From Azolla caroliniana (Eukaryota; Plantae; Polypodiophyta): a DNA stretch of 64,000 nucleotides. The stretch covers positions 12,152,001-12,216,000 of the forward strand of contig JBHGNT010000020.1 in assembly GCA_043228905.1 (NCBI GenBank), written 5' to 3'. Of this stretch, positions 63,348 to 64,000 are shown in pieces (positions within the stretch are counted from its first letter, which is position 1; every line of letters starts with the position of its first letter). A program made the translations under genes and the position numbers. The notes below the pieces were generated by a model. That model was given only the letters and a program-made list of their open reading frames with translations, did no database searches and was not told the origin of the DNA.

Positions 63348-64000
63348 CTAATAATGCAATTTAAATGTTCTTTTTTTCCAAAAAACTCACTAAAATCCAA
63401 TGGAAAAAGTTTGAGATTTTCCTTATTGATGTTTATCAGTTTAATTCCAAACATAAGGCCATGCATGAGTGATCCTTTCAATTAGTGGTTCACTCTTCCA
63501 AAATCAAGAGAAATTAGAAATTTCTAGTCGTCTTACTCTCAGAACTAAGACAAGATAGCAATAGAAAGAGCGAGAGAAAGAGTGATGGATGATAGAGATA
63601 GATGAGATAAAAGTGGATAGAGTGAGCATGAGAGAGAGAAACTATGAAAGGATTTAAGATAAAGAGATACAAAAGAGAGCTTAGTTGGAGGAATCAAGAC
63701 CGGTGTTGAACCATAATGGTTTGACAAGAATGAAGGGGCTTCATTATATAATGGGTCATGGAGCATTCTAGGGCCTAGGCTTTTCTAAAATGTTCTAGGA
63801 TTCTACCAATTATGATATTGTATTAAATTACATAAAAGATGTGTATTAGATTGCTTAATGGTGAAGTCCTTGGCATATACACACATAGGTTATAGGTTTG
63901 AGCTACGCCATCACGCTTATTTATCATGCATCACATACAATATACCCACTCTACTCTAAGTTTGCTTGTATTGTATATATTGAAAGATAAAGTTGGGCGC

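Noticed and set aside
63480-64000. Possible LTR or primer-binding site at the window end
   Set aside because: It is truncated by the window edge, with no paired LTR or coding domain visible.

Overview
Eukaryotic, AT-rich, intron-rich land-plant genomic DNA. It is most likely from a seed-free plant such as a fern (inference from a flagellar CFAP91-like gene, a cyanobacterial-type release factor 3 and the LINE family present). Six spliced genes can be followed by hand. On the + strand: the 3' part of a prfC/RF3 gene (1541-5383) and an Alfin-like PHD gene (10406-12278). On the - strand: a divergent CFAP91-like gene (~14644-17933), a 19-exon FBL11-like BTB/BACK/LRR gene (19929-42298), 60S acidic ribosomal protein P0 (45832-47513) and a 17-exon Pol IV/V-type largest subunit (50763-59234). 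Introns and intergenic DNA hold an RT-deleted Ty1/copia element, many pieces of a (CT)n-associated LINE family, two hAT-type MITEs with 8-bp target-site duplications (TSDs), L1/Tx1-like remnants and several minisatellites. The most unusual item is the polymerase subunit. It keeps an intact metal-A site (ADFDGD), mixes NRPD1-like and NRPE1-like signatures and ends right after conserved domain H with no visible DeCL or WG/GW C-terminal domain (CTD). It also carries a ~150-aa insertion with a SUMO-interacting-like motif in the clamp head. It is a candidate lineage-specific extra silencing polymerase. All exon models are manual reconstructions, not validated by transcripts or database searches.
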